Positions 52,811-64,000 of a DNA stretch of 64,000 nt are shown in pieces (the stretch's first letter is position 1; every line of letters begins with the position of its first letter). Made by a program: the position numbers and the translations under genes. The notes beneath the pieces are model-generated. The model searched no databases, was not told the DNA's origin, and was given only the letters and a program-made list of their open reading frames with translations. Source of the stretch: Epiperipatus broadwayi (Eukaryota; Animalia; Onychophora); NCBI GenBank assembly GCA_028023455.1, contig JAQFVV010000009.1, positions 1,426,001-1,490,000 of the forward strand. The letters are read 5' to 3'.

Positions 52811-55799
52811 TCAACCATTATCAATCCACTGCAGGATGAAGGTCTCTCCAAGTTTAATCCATCTTCTCTGATCTTTAGCTTCTCTTCTCCACATCACCCC
52901 TACACATTTTCTTATTTCATCCATCCATCTTACATGTGGTCTCCTTCTGGGTCTTTTACAATCTCTTGGAATCCAGTTTAAAATTTCAATTGTCCATCTA
53001 TTATCATCTCTTCTAGCAATATGTCCAGCCCAACTCCACTTCAATCTTTTAATTTTTTCAATGAGGTCAGTAACACCTGTTTGTTCTCTTACCCATACAT
53101 TGCGTTTTCGATCTCTTCTTGTTACTCCCAACATACATCTCTCCATACTTCTTTGAGTGGTCTGAAGTCTCTGTATTGATCTTCTATTAAGTGTCCAAGT
53201 CTCAGATCCATAAGTAAGAACTGGTAAAACACATTTGTTAAAAACCTTTCTTTTCAAACACATAGGCATATTTCCTTTTAATATCAAGTTATTTCTACCA
53301 AAAGCACTCCAACCAAGTTTAATTCTATGATTAATTTCCTCTATTATGTTTCCATCTGTATTAATAATCTGACCAAGGTATTTGTAACTCTTAACTTCTT
53401 CTAATTCATCATAATCAATCTTTATTTTCATATTTTGAGCAAATCGATTAAACATTACTTTAGTCTTTTTAACATTTATCTTTAGTCCTACTTTCCTACT
53501 TTCATCTGATAACTCCTGCAACATTTCCTGCAGCTCGGAAGCATTATTTGCAAAAACAACTACATCATCTGCGAAATCTAAATGACTTAAATAATCTCCA
53601 TTTACTTTCACTCCTTTAGTTTCCCATTTTAATCCACAAAATACTTCTTGCAGCACTGCTGTAAAAAGTTTTGGAGATATGGAGTCACCTTGTCTTACAC
53701 CTTTCTCAATGTTGACTTTCCCAGTATCATTATGTAATCTAATTGTTGCTGTTGCATTTTTATAAATATTCTTTAAAATATGACAATATCCTGGATCTAT
53801 ACCTTGATGATCCAATGCTTTAATCACTGAAGAAATGTTTATAGAATCAAATGCCTTTTCATAATCTACAAATCCAAAACATAATGACAACTCATATTCA
53901 TTTGTCCTTTCTATAACTTCTCTCAATACTTGAATATGATCTACTGTACTAAAACCACTTTTAAATCCAGCTTGTTCTCTTGGTTGGTGAAAATCCAAGG
54001 TTCTCTGTAGACGAGTTGTAATTATCTTGGTAAAAATTTTATATAAAACTGATAAAAGGCTGATAGGTCTGTAATTTCTAATATCTTCTTTATCACCTTT
54101 TTTAAATATTAATATTATTACTGCATTCTTCCAATCATCCGGTACATCTTTATCATTTAGACATTTGGTATATAACTTTGCTAATATTTTTTTCTGTTTC
54201 TTCACCTGCTTCTTTTAATATATCAATTATAATTCCATCATTACCTGGAGCCTTTCCTTTTTTCATACATTTAATTGCATTTCTCACTTCTTCATTTAAA
54301 ATTCTGGGCAATTCGGAAGATGTAATAGATATAGGAGGTACTTGTTCTTTATTACTATATAATTCTTGATAAAAATCTTCTACCAATTTCATAATGTCAT
54401 CTCTCTTTTTAGTAATAATTCCATCTTTTTTCCTTATTGCAGATATAAATTTCCTACCAATACCAAAATGTTGTTTTACATTCTTAAGACTTTTATTTTC
54501 TTCTACAGCTTTTCTTGCTAGTTCACAGTTATACTTTCTTATATCATTTTCAACTCTTTTCAGCACCATTTTACAAAATTCGAGATATTCAATTCTTTTT
54601 AATGCATCATTCTTGCATATCTTCATATTCCTTCTTTTATTCATAAGTTCTCTAGTCTCAGTAGAAATTTTATTAGTCAATTGCTGCTTTTTTCTACCAG
54701 CTATCTTTGTTGCAGTTTTTAAAAGTGTATCAGTTATTTTCATATTAATTTCATTCAAATCTGAATCATGTTCAAAATCTACTAATACTTGAAACCGATT
54801 TGTAAGTTCTAATTTAAATTCATTAGAATGTTTCTGAAGATTAGGAATATCAACTGTAAATATAGTTTTTCTTAATAATTTTTGTCTCTCTAGTTTTACA
54901 TTAACATGTATCTTACCCCTTACTAATCGATGATCACTTCCTGTGTTAAATTTATTAAGAACATTACAATCTTGAAATATGTATTTCCTGTTTGTCAAAA
55001 TATAATCCGATTCTGCTGTACCTTCATTTGGATGCTTCCATGTCCATTTCATTCTAACATTTTTCTCAAAAAAAGAATTCATAATATAAAGTTTTTCCTT
55101 CTCTGCAAACTCCACAAGTCTATGTCCTCTCTCATTTCTATTACCATAACCAAAATTACCTACAACACTTTCATCTTTCATTTGTTTACCAATTCTAGCA
55201 TTAAAATCTCCCATAACAATTTTAAAATGTTGTTTACTCTGATCAAAAGCCTTTTGTACATCCATATAAAAATCTTCTACTACTTCATCACTGTGAGAAC
55301 TTGTTGGGGCATAAACCTGAATTATCTGCATTTGATATCTGCTATTAAGTTGTATAACTAATCTTGCCACTCTGTCTGATACACCATCAATCTCCACAAT
55401 ATTGTTCTTCCACTTTTTATTTATAATGAATCCTACTCCACTTGTATTTCCAATATTTGTGCCTTTATAATAGAGCATATGTCCACTTTTTAAATCAATT
55501 GTCTCTTCACCTTTTCTTCTAACTTCACAAAGTCCAATAATATCCCATTTAATATAAGAGAGTTCTTCTTCTAATTCTTGCAATCTTCCTTCACTTGAAA
55601 GTGATCTGCAGTTGTAAGTACCTAAATAAAAAGTCGTCATCAAATGGCAGCCTGGGTCCGCCTCCAGGATATTCTTAGCACCCTCCGCCTTCGGCCACCA
55701 ACCGCTGCCTTGGTTGGTGACTTTACAGCCTCCTGGGATTAAGGGCCATGCTTTATTTTTGTCTGTCATAATTGTATAATTGGGAAAAATCTTTATCAT
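52811..55799 (-). CDS. RTE APE endonuclease-reverse transcriptase polyprotein (~995 aa), split by one +1 frameshift
   Basis: APE motifs TYNCRSL, IIGLCEVR, QVYAPT, GDFNARIG, SDHRLV. RT motifs YRPISLL, FVDYEKAFDS, GVRQGDSISP, FADDVV, YKYLG. Removing one T from the T7 run at 54187-54193 joins the two ORFs (GEETEKILAKLY). Confidence 0.92.
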
Positions 55800-55924
55800 T
55801 TACACAAACATTCATTCTGCCTTATCAGGCACTGAGAAGAAAGACCATGGTGTTTCTTGATCTTAAACTCAGAGGTAAAAAGCCAATAAACTCACCACGC
55901 TGGCTAATGCGTGTTGGTGAGCAG

Positions 55925-56091
55925 CCCATCCATGTTCGTATACTATATGAATAAACATATAGTAATAACAGCTGCAACGACAAGAACGTATGGAGTGGAC
56001 ATTAGGAATTTGCCCTGCTCGGTTCCTTTAAGGCCTCCAAAAGGAATCAAAGGGTCCCCTTTCAGTTAATAGCAAACTCCTTTCTGCAGCC
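55925..56091 (-). ncRNA. HDV-like self-cleaving ribozyme in the RTE 5' UTR
   Basis: P1 GGCUGCA (56091-56085) / UGCAGCU (55976-55970) with a G.U first pair; P2 CCA-C-UCCAU / AUGGAUGG; P3 ACG/CGU; L3 UUCUUGU; P4 UACUAUAUG/CAUAUAGUA; J4/2 C-GAA-C with putative catalytic C at 55938; long hairpin in J1/2. G1 abuts the TSD. Confidence 0.8.
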
Positions 56092-59000
56092 AGCGAGGTG
56101 TTAAAAACAAATAAATTAAAGGAATGCAATCACTGCCCGGGAACGTGATCAAAAAAAGAACAATGAAAAAAGGACTATAAATAGAGAGGAAAACCTATTG
56201 TGCGTTTAATTATTAGTTTTCTTTTAATAAAAAAAGAATTATTATATAAGAAAATGGAAATAAAAATGATTGAAGGCTAAACAAAATAGAATCCGTCCCC
56301 AGCCGGGGCACTGACCTATTCCTAGATCTTCATCGAACTGTGAAACCACCTCAAGGTACATCAAACCACATAGGAGAAAGCGGAGCTAGCCATGGAACAA
56401 AACTAGTTGCTGAAAATCAATTCCCAAGAGATACGAATAAACGCTTATGGATGTATACTGATTGATCAGGGTAATGGAAACTTTAAACATATCTTTCTAG
56501 GATTGCATTTAATCATTAATGAATATAAGTTACGACAATAGAAGGGGATTTTTTTTATATATTAATAATGCTTATATCTACATTAATTAATTTGCTTATT
56601 TAAAATACGTAAATTATTTATGGTTTAATTTTTTTTTATGAATGGTTTAACTAAATTTTGACGAAATTTTCAGGACTATTGGGCGAGGTTAAAAAATAAT
56701 AATAATCTCATAAATGAATCCAAGAGAATGTTATTAGAATAGAATTTAAAATGATTTAGAAAGCAAAATGAAAAGTATTAAGGCTTGAAAAAATATTGAA
56801 AGTGAGGGTAGGGGTTTTGTGTTATAACTTACTCCTAATAGTAAGTCGCTTAGTCCCAATACCGGTCCAGATTTGGATCGGGTTGGACACTTATTTAAGT
56901 AAAAGCGTATGTTCCTTCGAGAACGAAATATATATTGCTCTTCACCTTTGTTTTACCGTTTTTTTTTTTTAAAAAAAGAACGATTACGTTAGTTATGTCA
57001 AGAGTAGAGAAAAGAGGAAAGTAGGGGGGGTTATTAGTGATTTGTTTTGTTAATGGGCTTGAATAAAAGAAAAATAAACTATAATAAAGTGTATTATTAA
57101 TTAAAGGTTATGAAAGTGTATTTTCTTTTTTTTTTAGCATTTGAAATAATAAAACCTATTATTGTATTGAATCCGTCCATATTAAAATGGGATTGTGAAA
57201 GGGAGTTTAGCTGGATCTGTCATACGTATACAAATTATCAAACATGAATGTAAGATTTTTCTAATTTCGTGGTTCTAGGTTCTTTTCCTAGTGGCGCCCT
57301 CGTATGATATCGATTCCAGATTTAAATAAAAATTTTAATTTTCAGCGTACGATCATTCAGATATAAAAAGTAGTGGCAATATATATATATTGTAATGGGA
57401 ACTACCCTATCTATCACTACTGAGTTTACACACTGTAACTCAACTAGCAAATAGTGCAGAGTGAAATAATTAATTTCACTAATTATTATTATTAGAAATG
57501 AGATTAAACTGATATCTATCAGTCATATTTTCTAATCCCCTTATTTGGATTACCATCTCTATGAGGATCAGCCAAGCTTAGCCAAAATAGAGCATTTTAT
57601 AAAACCAAAAGACTTTTAAGTGCCACTTTTCTAGAAAGATGGCCTACAAGAATCTTATTGAAAGACACACCCAACATTCCCTTGTAGATTATCCCATATG
57701 CTACCTCTCTTATTCTTCTTTTCAAGATGAATAGCCTATGTTATAATAAATATATGTATAATTCATTAACTATGAAGTGAGGTGAGTGAAATATTCAACA
57801 CCAGTTCTTGGTAAAATACAACAAAATTTATTTTCTTACTCTTAATTAAAAATATTAAAAGAAACAGACAAAAAAATAATAATTATAGTAAAAATATCAC
57901 ACAAGAAGAAAAAAAAAATTATAATACATTAATGCGTAATAAGAAAATATTTCTCCCTTATAATTCATTATTGCACAATAAGAGCACACACCCTTTCTTC
58001 AATTAGTTTTTTACTGTATGCACTCTTATTACAACTTTGTAGGGATATAATACACACATATAAAATAATAAACATCAAAAACAATAAGATATGTAATACC
58101 CATGCTGATCTGTGATAATACACCAGAGGGGGGGGACGGCGACATATATTTCAATTCATGTTTTCTACACATTAACAAATAAATACAAAAAAATTATATA
58201 CATCTTTATCTAACTCTATATGCATGCATACATTCATATACATCTAACTTAATTTAAACAAAATGTTAATTTTTGAAATTGATATATTTCAAAAAAGCAA
58301 CAACAATAATAATAAATTTAAATGCTTTTTCCTTATTCATACAAATGTTGGGGGAGGGGATTGTACACTTCATTTCTGCTCTAAATATTTCAGATACTCA
58401 TTCATATCAGACTTTGCATAATGCTGCCTTCTATGGTGGCTTTTTCCCTCTTGTTCTCAGCTAAAATGAAATTTATCTGACATGCTCTCACTTACAAAGT
58501 TCTATTGAAATATGTGATAATGAACAAAAGAAACAGATGATTTCTTGCTAGGCAGGGTTCAGCATAACAATACATTTCACATGGTGATGATTTTTAAATT
58601 AGATCTGGTGCATTTGGTGAATTTCTACTCCATTTTATTTGGTTTACTAAACTCTTCTGGCTGCATTAACATCTTTTGTTAGTCTATCAAAAATGGATTC
58701 CAAGATTTATCCTATCTTGGGGGGAGCTCTTCACTATAGTATCATCAACTGCTCATTAACTGATGACTGACTTTCTCTGCTGGCTGACTGCTAACTGCTC
58801 TCTGACTTCCCACTTCTCACCAAAGAACAAAAATGTAATCTTTGATCTAAATTAATTTATTTTTCTAATATGCCTGTAGATGAGTCTTTAATCATTAGAA
58901 GAAGAAAAATCAAGAATTTTTTTATAAAATACTTTACCAATTAAATTTTGATAACATATCTTGGTACATCTAAAAAAATAATAATAATTAAAACAAAATT

Positions 59001-59277
59001 ATATCAAAGAAACAAATCCTTTAATTACCCACAAAAAGGAATTATAAGAATTTAGATACGTCTCATTAGACTCCAATATAATTAAACACTTAAAATTGTT
59101 TCTACAAAATATTTGTACCCAAGGACAATTGATGCCATTTTTTTAGTATATTTTGTTTTCTTTATCTACAAATTTGATTAAAAGAATTAACATACATTTA
59201 ATTTTTTTTTTCTTATCTTAGACACACAAAAAAAATGTAAAACAAATTTTAAAAAAAATTATTAACAAAAATTAATC

Positions 59278-59321
59278 ACCAATATACATATTTTGTGCTA
59301 AACCAGCACTCATCAGTTGGT
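59278..59321 (-). ncRNA. Minimal type I hammerhead motif (family A), G12 to A variant
   Basis: ACCAA-CUGAUGA-GUGCU-GGUUU-AGCAC-AAAA-UAUGUA-UA-UUGGU. Perfect stems I and II, near-palindromic stem III. Confidence 0.7.
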
Positions 59322-60868
59322 CCAGAATATCATCTCACACATATATATATAATCAGTGCTCAGTTTATATTAAAGATAGCAAATCTTCATACCTTTAATT
59401 GACAGGCTTCAATCCTCTAAAACATCCAACTTTTCAGCCATCCATATCATTGAAAATCTGATGATGAAAACAAATCCCATGTTGATGCTAATATTATTGC
59501 CATGCCCATGTTGACCAGAAGTCACTCTGACCCCTCATGTATAGGACCATATCCATTTAAACACATATAAGAGGGATGAACAGGATACAAGCTTGATATG
59601 TAAATATTTGAAAACCAGGCACTCTTCACAAACCTGGGAGTTTAATTGTAAGTATAGGGGATTTGAACACAGATTTTCAAGCACTCTTCAACTATCCACA
59701 CTATCTCATACAACTGATACACATGACCACATACATGTAGAAAAGATAAATAATCACTAATATACATATTTTGTGGTAAACCATACTCATCAGTTGATCC
59801 AGATTATCAACTCACATATATATATATAATCAGTGCTCAGTTTATATTAAGATAGCAAATCTTCATACTTTAATTGACAGGCTTCAATCCACTCCAACTT
59901 TTCAGCCATCCATATCTTTGAAAATCTGATGATGAGAACTCTCAAATCCCATGCTGATGCTAATATTATTGCCATGCCCATGTTGACCAGATGTCACTCT
60001 GACCCCTCATGTATAGGACCATATCCATTTAAACACATATAAGAGGGATGAACAGGATACAAGCTTGATATGTAAATATTTGAAAACCAGGCACTCTTCA
60101 CAAACCTGGGAGTTTAATTGTAAGTATAGGGGATTTGAACACAGATTTTCAAGCACTCTTCAACTATCCACACTATCTCATACAACTGATACACATGACC
60201 ACATACATGTAGAAAAGATAAATAATCACTAATATACATATTTTGTGGTAAACCATACTCATCAGTTGATCCAGATTATCAACTCACACATATATATATA
60301 TAATCAGTGCTCAGTTTATATTAAGATAGCAAATCTTCATACTTTAATTGACAGGCTTCAATCCACTCCAACTTTTCAGCCATCCATATCTTTGAAAATC
60401 TGATGATGAGAACTCTCAAATCCCATGCTGATGCTAATATTATTGCCATGCCCATGTTGACCTGAAGTCACTCTGACCCCTCATGTATAGAACTGTATCA
60501 ATTTAAATACATATAAGAGGAATGGACATGATACAAGCTTACAATTAAACTCCCAGGTTTGTGAAGAGTGCCTGGTTTTCAAATATTTACATATCAAGCT
60601 TGTATCCTGTTCATTCCTCTTATATGTATTTAAATGGATACAGTCCTATACATGAGGGGTCAGAGTGACTTCAGGTAAACATGGGCATGGCAATAATATT
60701 GGCATCAGCATGGGGTTTGAGTTTTCATCATCATATTTTCAAAGATATGGATGGCTGAAAAGTTGGAGGTTGGAGTGGATTGAAGCTTGTTAATTAAAGT
60801 ATGAAGATTTGCTATCTTAATTTAAACTGAGTACTGATTATATATATGTGTGAGAGATGATAAACTTG

Positions 60869-60912
60869 ATCAACTGATGAGTGCTGGTTTAGCACAAAAT
60901 ACGTGTATTGGT
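60869..60912 (+). ncRNA. Minimal type I hammerhead motif (family A), G12 to A variant
   Basis: AUCAA-CUGAUGA-GUGCU-GGUUU-AGCAC-AAAA-UACGUG-UA-UUGGU. Confidence 0.7.
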
Positions 60913-63473
60913 GATTATTTATCTTTTCTACATGTATGTGGTCATGTGTAACAGTTGTATGAGATAGTGTGGATAGTTGAAGGGTACTTGAAAATCTGTG
61001 TTCAAATTTCCTATACTTACCTTATTGTTAAAGGAGATTGCCTTAACTACAGATTGAGATTGTTGATAGCTTAAAGGTTGCTTGTTAATCATCTACATTT
61101 ATAAACCTAATAGGCTTTATTGTCTTTTGGAAGTTATAAATGACTATTTATTAGTCTATTTTCAGAATCTGGAAGTTATAATTGACTATTTATTAGTCAG
61201 TATTCAGAACAGGTTATATTTTCCTGATTAATGAGGTTTGTTTAAACTTCTTTGGATTATTAATTTCACATTCCTTGGTCTAGTTGCAATCTTTAGTGTC
61301 TATAAATATAAGATAAAAGTGGTACTAACTTTATTGTTAAAGAAGGTTACCTTGGCTACAGGTTGAGAAAGTTGATAGCTTAAGAGTTGATTATTATGTT
61401 TTATATATATATATATATATTGCCCACAAATGTCCCTTTTGGTTTTTAAATTATATTTATACTCTTACATTTTATAAGTCAGCTAACACTTGAATGCAGT
61501 GCTAGCTGACCAAAACTTATGATGGGGATTTGATCCTCATCAGTTATCATCACAATATACACACACATCTTTCAATACATAATCTTACTACATTTTTAAA
61601 AAGAATACATTAAAATTATAACTTCAAAAATTAAAATTATAAAAAGTTATCATGAAATTTAAAAAAAAATAATAAAAAATTTTAAAATTAGTCTTTGTTT
61701 ATGATGGGTTTTTTAGTTGTAATTTTAATATATATATATTTAGTAAGAATGTGTAATGAAAAATAAATATATATATATATATGAGTAATTAATGAATATA
61801 AAATGCTATGTATCTGAAATATTTATGGTATTTATTTTATATCTATATATTTAATTAGAATATCCTTATTTATAGCCAATGTAATATTAAGAATAAGTTT
61901 TTAAAAGAAGAAATTGGTGACTGTGAAGTTAATAATAAACAATCTACAAGTAGAATGATTTAGTCAGATTTGTGAAATTATTTTTGATACTTTTTCTATT
62001 TTTTTAACATTTCTTGGGGAAAGGGGGATTCTTAAATACAAATGCTTAAATATATCATTATTTGTCAAATGAAAACCAATCCTATTCATTAGATTGTACT
62101 ATCCTATGAAAAATTACAATTAGGAATTTCTATTGTGGAAAAGCTATTTTCATCAATGTTATAGCAATATTAAGTGATTTTGATAGTTTACATATCAGCA
62201 TACAAAATAAAAACTTGAAGCCAGAATTATAGTAAAATTAAAAGTAAACTTTGGATATAGCATCTATAAAATTACGCCATTTCATCATCCACTGATAAAA
62301 TCACATTATATTACAGTCATGTATTAATTCATATAATTGTACATTAAAACTTATTTGACCAAGTTAAATTATTCTCAGACCTTAAGTTTTCATCTAGTGA
62401 TAATTAGATGTCAATTTATTTATCAATGAATTGGTTGTGAAAAAGTTGCATGAGGGGGTTGGGGGATCCTAATCCAACTTGTGACCTGCAAAAAAATTTA
62501 ACAGTATGGTTCATTAGCCATATGTTATACAATTCTTAGAATTGCTCTGCATGTAATTAAAGAACGATTTAAAAAAAGAATTAATGAAAGAGCACTAAAA
62601 AGAATTAGAAACACAGTTTATATTGGAAACACTAAATAATCTTTAATCAACAGATGCTTTTAGTCTATTACTGCTTATTGATTATTCACAGTTAATTCTT
62701 CTATCAGAAGATCATACCATTAACTGCAAACTTAATTAATAATAATGAATTAAAAATTTTCAGAAGCTATCCTGAAATCATTATAAAATTTTAACTATAA
62801 TAAATTGCCTAGTGATTTCAAACTTTGGCTGTTTTTGAAAATCTCTGAACAAAAGTCTTATGTTATACAAATATGGACAAAGGATCATATTCATCTTTGT
62901 CAAACTTCTAAGAAATCATAATGCTAAAAGAAAACTAAAACTTTTAATATCTCACTGAAAGAAGAAGAAAAAATCTTGAAATATAATTTGATAGTTTATT
63001 GAAATATACCTATATATTCTTGAATATCTTTTTGAGAGTAGATGAGTAATTGTCTGAGCCAAAAAATGAGATATCTCTCCCATATTGTACTGTCTCTGAT
63101 TTAACTTTACAGACTTATTACAAATGAGATAATATCCACGAATACTTGTAATTACACAGGGTTGTATCTCTATAAAAGAAAATCTAGATAATCATTTATT
63201 AACTTACTTTGGATGACCAATATCTAAGAAAAGTTTCAACTTAAATGGGAATTCAACTTTCTGATAAATTCCTGATTCTGCTTTGGATTTAATGTTACAG
63301 GCTAATGCATTAATTAATATGATGAGACCATTGTTAAAAATATACATAATAATTATATCAGTAAAGTACTAAAATGTTAACTCACACATTAGTCAAGTCA
63401 GGACTCTGAACTATACAGATAGATTCTTCATGAATAATTAAATAATTTTATCATTACCAATAGCAAATTAATA

Positions 63474-63540
63474 TCAGTGATCTAGTCCTGCTCGTGCCTT
63501 TTTAGTTTTGTGAACCCCCTTTATTTTATGTTCAAATTTC
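63474..63540 (-). CDS. Possible terminal coding exon of an unidentified convergent gene
   Basis: Strong T-tract plus AG acceptor, then KFEHKIKGVHKTKKARAGLDH*. No family recognised and no compatible upstream exon established. Confidence 0.3.
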
Positions 63541-64000
63541 CTTAATAAAAAAAAAAAAAAGTAAAAGAATTTATTGTTTTGTGCATATGTTAACTTTAAT
63601 AAACTTATTGTACAAACACCCATGTTTATGCATATTACTATTTTAAAAATATAAGTTTTGTCTGCATATAGCAACCTGAAAATATATATACATGATTTTT
63701 AAATTATAATTAAGTATTATTCAGATAATGCATTCTATAATTCAGTTTGCTTTTTTTTTAAAAAAAATACAACTGATTATATAAAATAAAAATTATAAGT
63801 TGTTTCCTGAGTGATCTTAAAAATTATTTTTTACAATAAATTTTGTTATGTAAATATGTGATGATATATCCTTTTAATATTTTTATTTCCTTTTTTTTTG
63901 CATGAAAAGGGAATTGGGGTGGAAAGGGGAGGAAGTTTCATCTCAAAAAAAAAAAATAATAATTTTTTTTTAATATGAGATTGCTAGTACATATATTTTA

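Larger units (their letters stand above)
52797..56091 (-). mobile_element. Full-length RTE-clade LINE (~3.3 kb)
   Basis: 11-bp TSD agcgaggtgtt at 52786-52796 and 56092-56102. (GAT)n tail directly after the stop codon. Structured 5' UTR and a single EN-RT coding region. Confidence 0.95.
59272..61020. mobile_element. Hammerhead repeat family A array: ~2.7 tandem 472-474 bp units plus one inverted unit-length monomer
   Basis: acaagctt landmark at 59587, 60059 and 60533. 60541-61020 is one complete unit on the opposite strand. One hammerhead per unit. Confidence 0.92.

Noticed and set aside
59630-59740. SLIVSIGDLNTDF in family A units resembling an APE endonuclease GDxN motif
   Set aside because: A single short motif on the strand opposite the ribozyme, with no other endonuclease motifs; likely chance.
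61226-61370. FTFLGLVAIFSVYKYK as the missing NIPAL transmembrane exon
   Set aside because: No AG acceptor in the required phase, and it sits among short local repeats.
62654-62720. cag|atgcttttag giving GCF, like NIPAL GCFLSF
   Set aside because: Immediate TAG stop and no further similarity.

Overview
Very AT-rich, intron-rich eukaryotic DNA, probably an invertebrate animal; no prokaryotic features and no CRISPR array. The host gene is a + strand NIPAL2/3-like magnesium transporter. Five consecutive exons splice in frame (11668-11736, 11940-12036, 26742-26877, 39257-39345, 49862-49925), three of the introns are 10-15 kb, and its first and last exons were not found. Most other recognisable sequence is mobile DNA: Gypsy elements and relics, Penelope-like (PLE) GIY-YIG relics, a full-length RTE LINE with one frameshift, a decayed hAT transposon and two MITEs. 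Highlights: (1) a young LTR element (8448-11142, GCTTA TSD) in which pol is replaced by an intronless golgin GM130/GOLGA2-like fragment in frame with Gag; (2) several families of non-coding ~450-470 bp hammerhead-ribozyme units arranged as tandem copies plus an inverted copy, one inserted with a 14-bp TSD and with an empty-site paralogue in the window; (3) an HDV-like ribozyme whose predicted cleavage site is exactly the TSD-defined 5' end of the RTE. All alignments and folds were done by eye, and homologies are recalled from known protein families, not from database searches.
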